A stretch of 24,000 nt of DNA from Laceyella sacchari (GTDB taxonomy: Bacteria; Bacillota; Bacilli; Thermoactinomycetales; Thermoactinomycetaceae). This document shows positions 23,103 to 24,000 of this stretch, piece by piece. Position 1 is the first letter of the stretch, and each line of letters opens with the position of its first letter. Below the pieces are notes generated by a model, which ran no database searches, was not told where the DNA came from, and saw only the letters and a program-made list of their open reading frames with translations. The stretch covers positions 373,038-397,037 of the forward strand of contig NZ_SMDD01000003.1 of the NCBI RefSeq assembly GCF_004343255.1, written 5' to 3'. Position numbers and translations under genes: made by a program.

Positions 23103-24000
<898 letters not shown>

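Overview
This 24-kb window comes from an endospore-forming Firmicute with Bacillales-type synteny; the exact taxon cannot be determined from the sequence alone. The core genes lie almost entirely on the minus strand. They follow the Bacillus subtilis order trpS | rpsT(+) | gpr | spoIIP | yqxA-like | lepA | hemW | hrcA | grpE | dnaK | dnaJ. A perfect CIRCE operator sits upstream of hrcA. One extra gene, a thermosome/TCP-1-family (group II-like) chaperonin, is inserted between hrcA and grpE. The main anomaly is that the germination-protease gene gpr is split. Its 5' segment (21814..22547) and 3' segment (10553..10933) are separated by a ~10.9-kb insertion bounded by identical 8-bp GGAACTCC cores. 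Joining at the core restores an in-frame 368-codon gpr. The insertion carries a 591-aa large serine recombinase at its left edge, whose ORF reads across attL. It also carries a 54-aa candidate directionality factor, a very AT-rich block of overlapping small membrane-protein ORFs, and a membrane-anchored TPR protein. The remaining cargo is a convergent 108-aa Cys4 protein and a 1876-aa secreted RHS/YD-repeat polymorphic toxin. That toxin has an ~88-aa C-terminal DUF4258/RelE-like putative RNase tip and no co-directional immunity gene. The insertion resembles a skin-type sporulation-gene intervening element, but it sits in a forespore-expressed gene and carries a toxin cargo. No tRNA, rRNA or CRISPR array was seen. 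All homology statements come from motif recognition by eye; no database searches were run.
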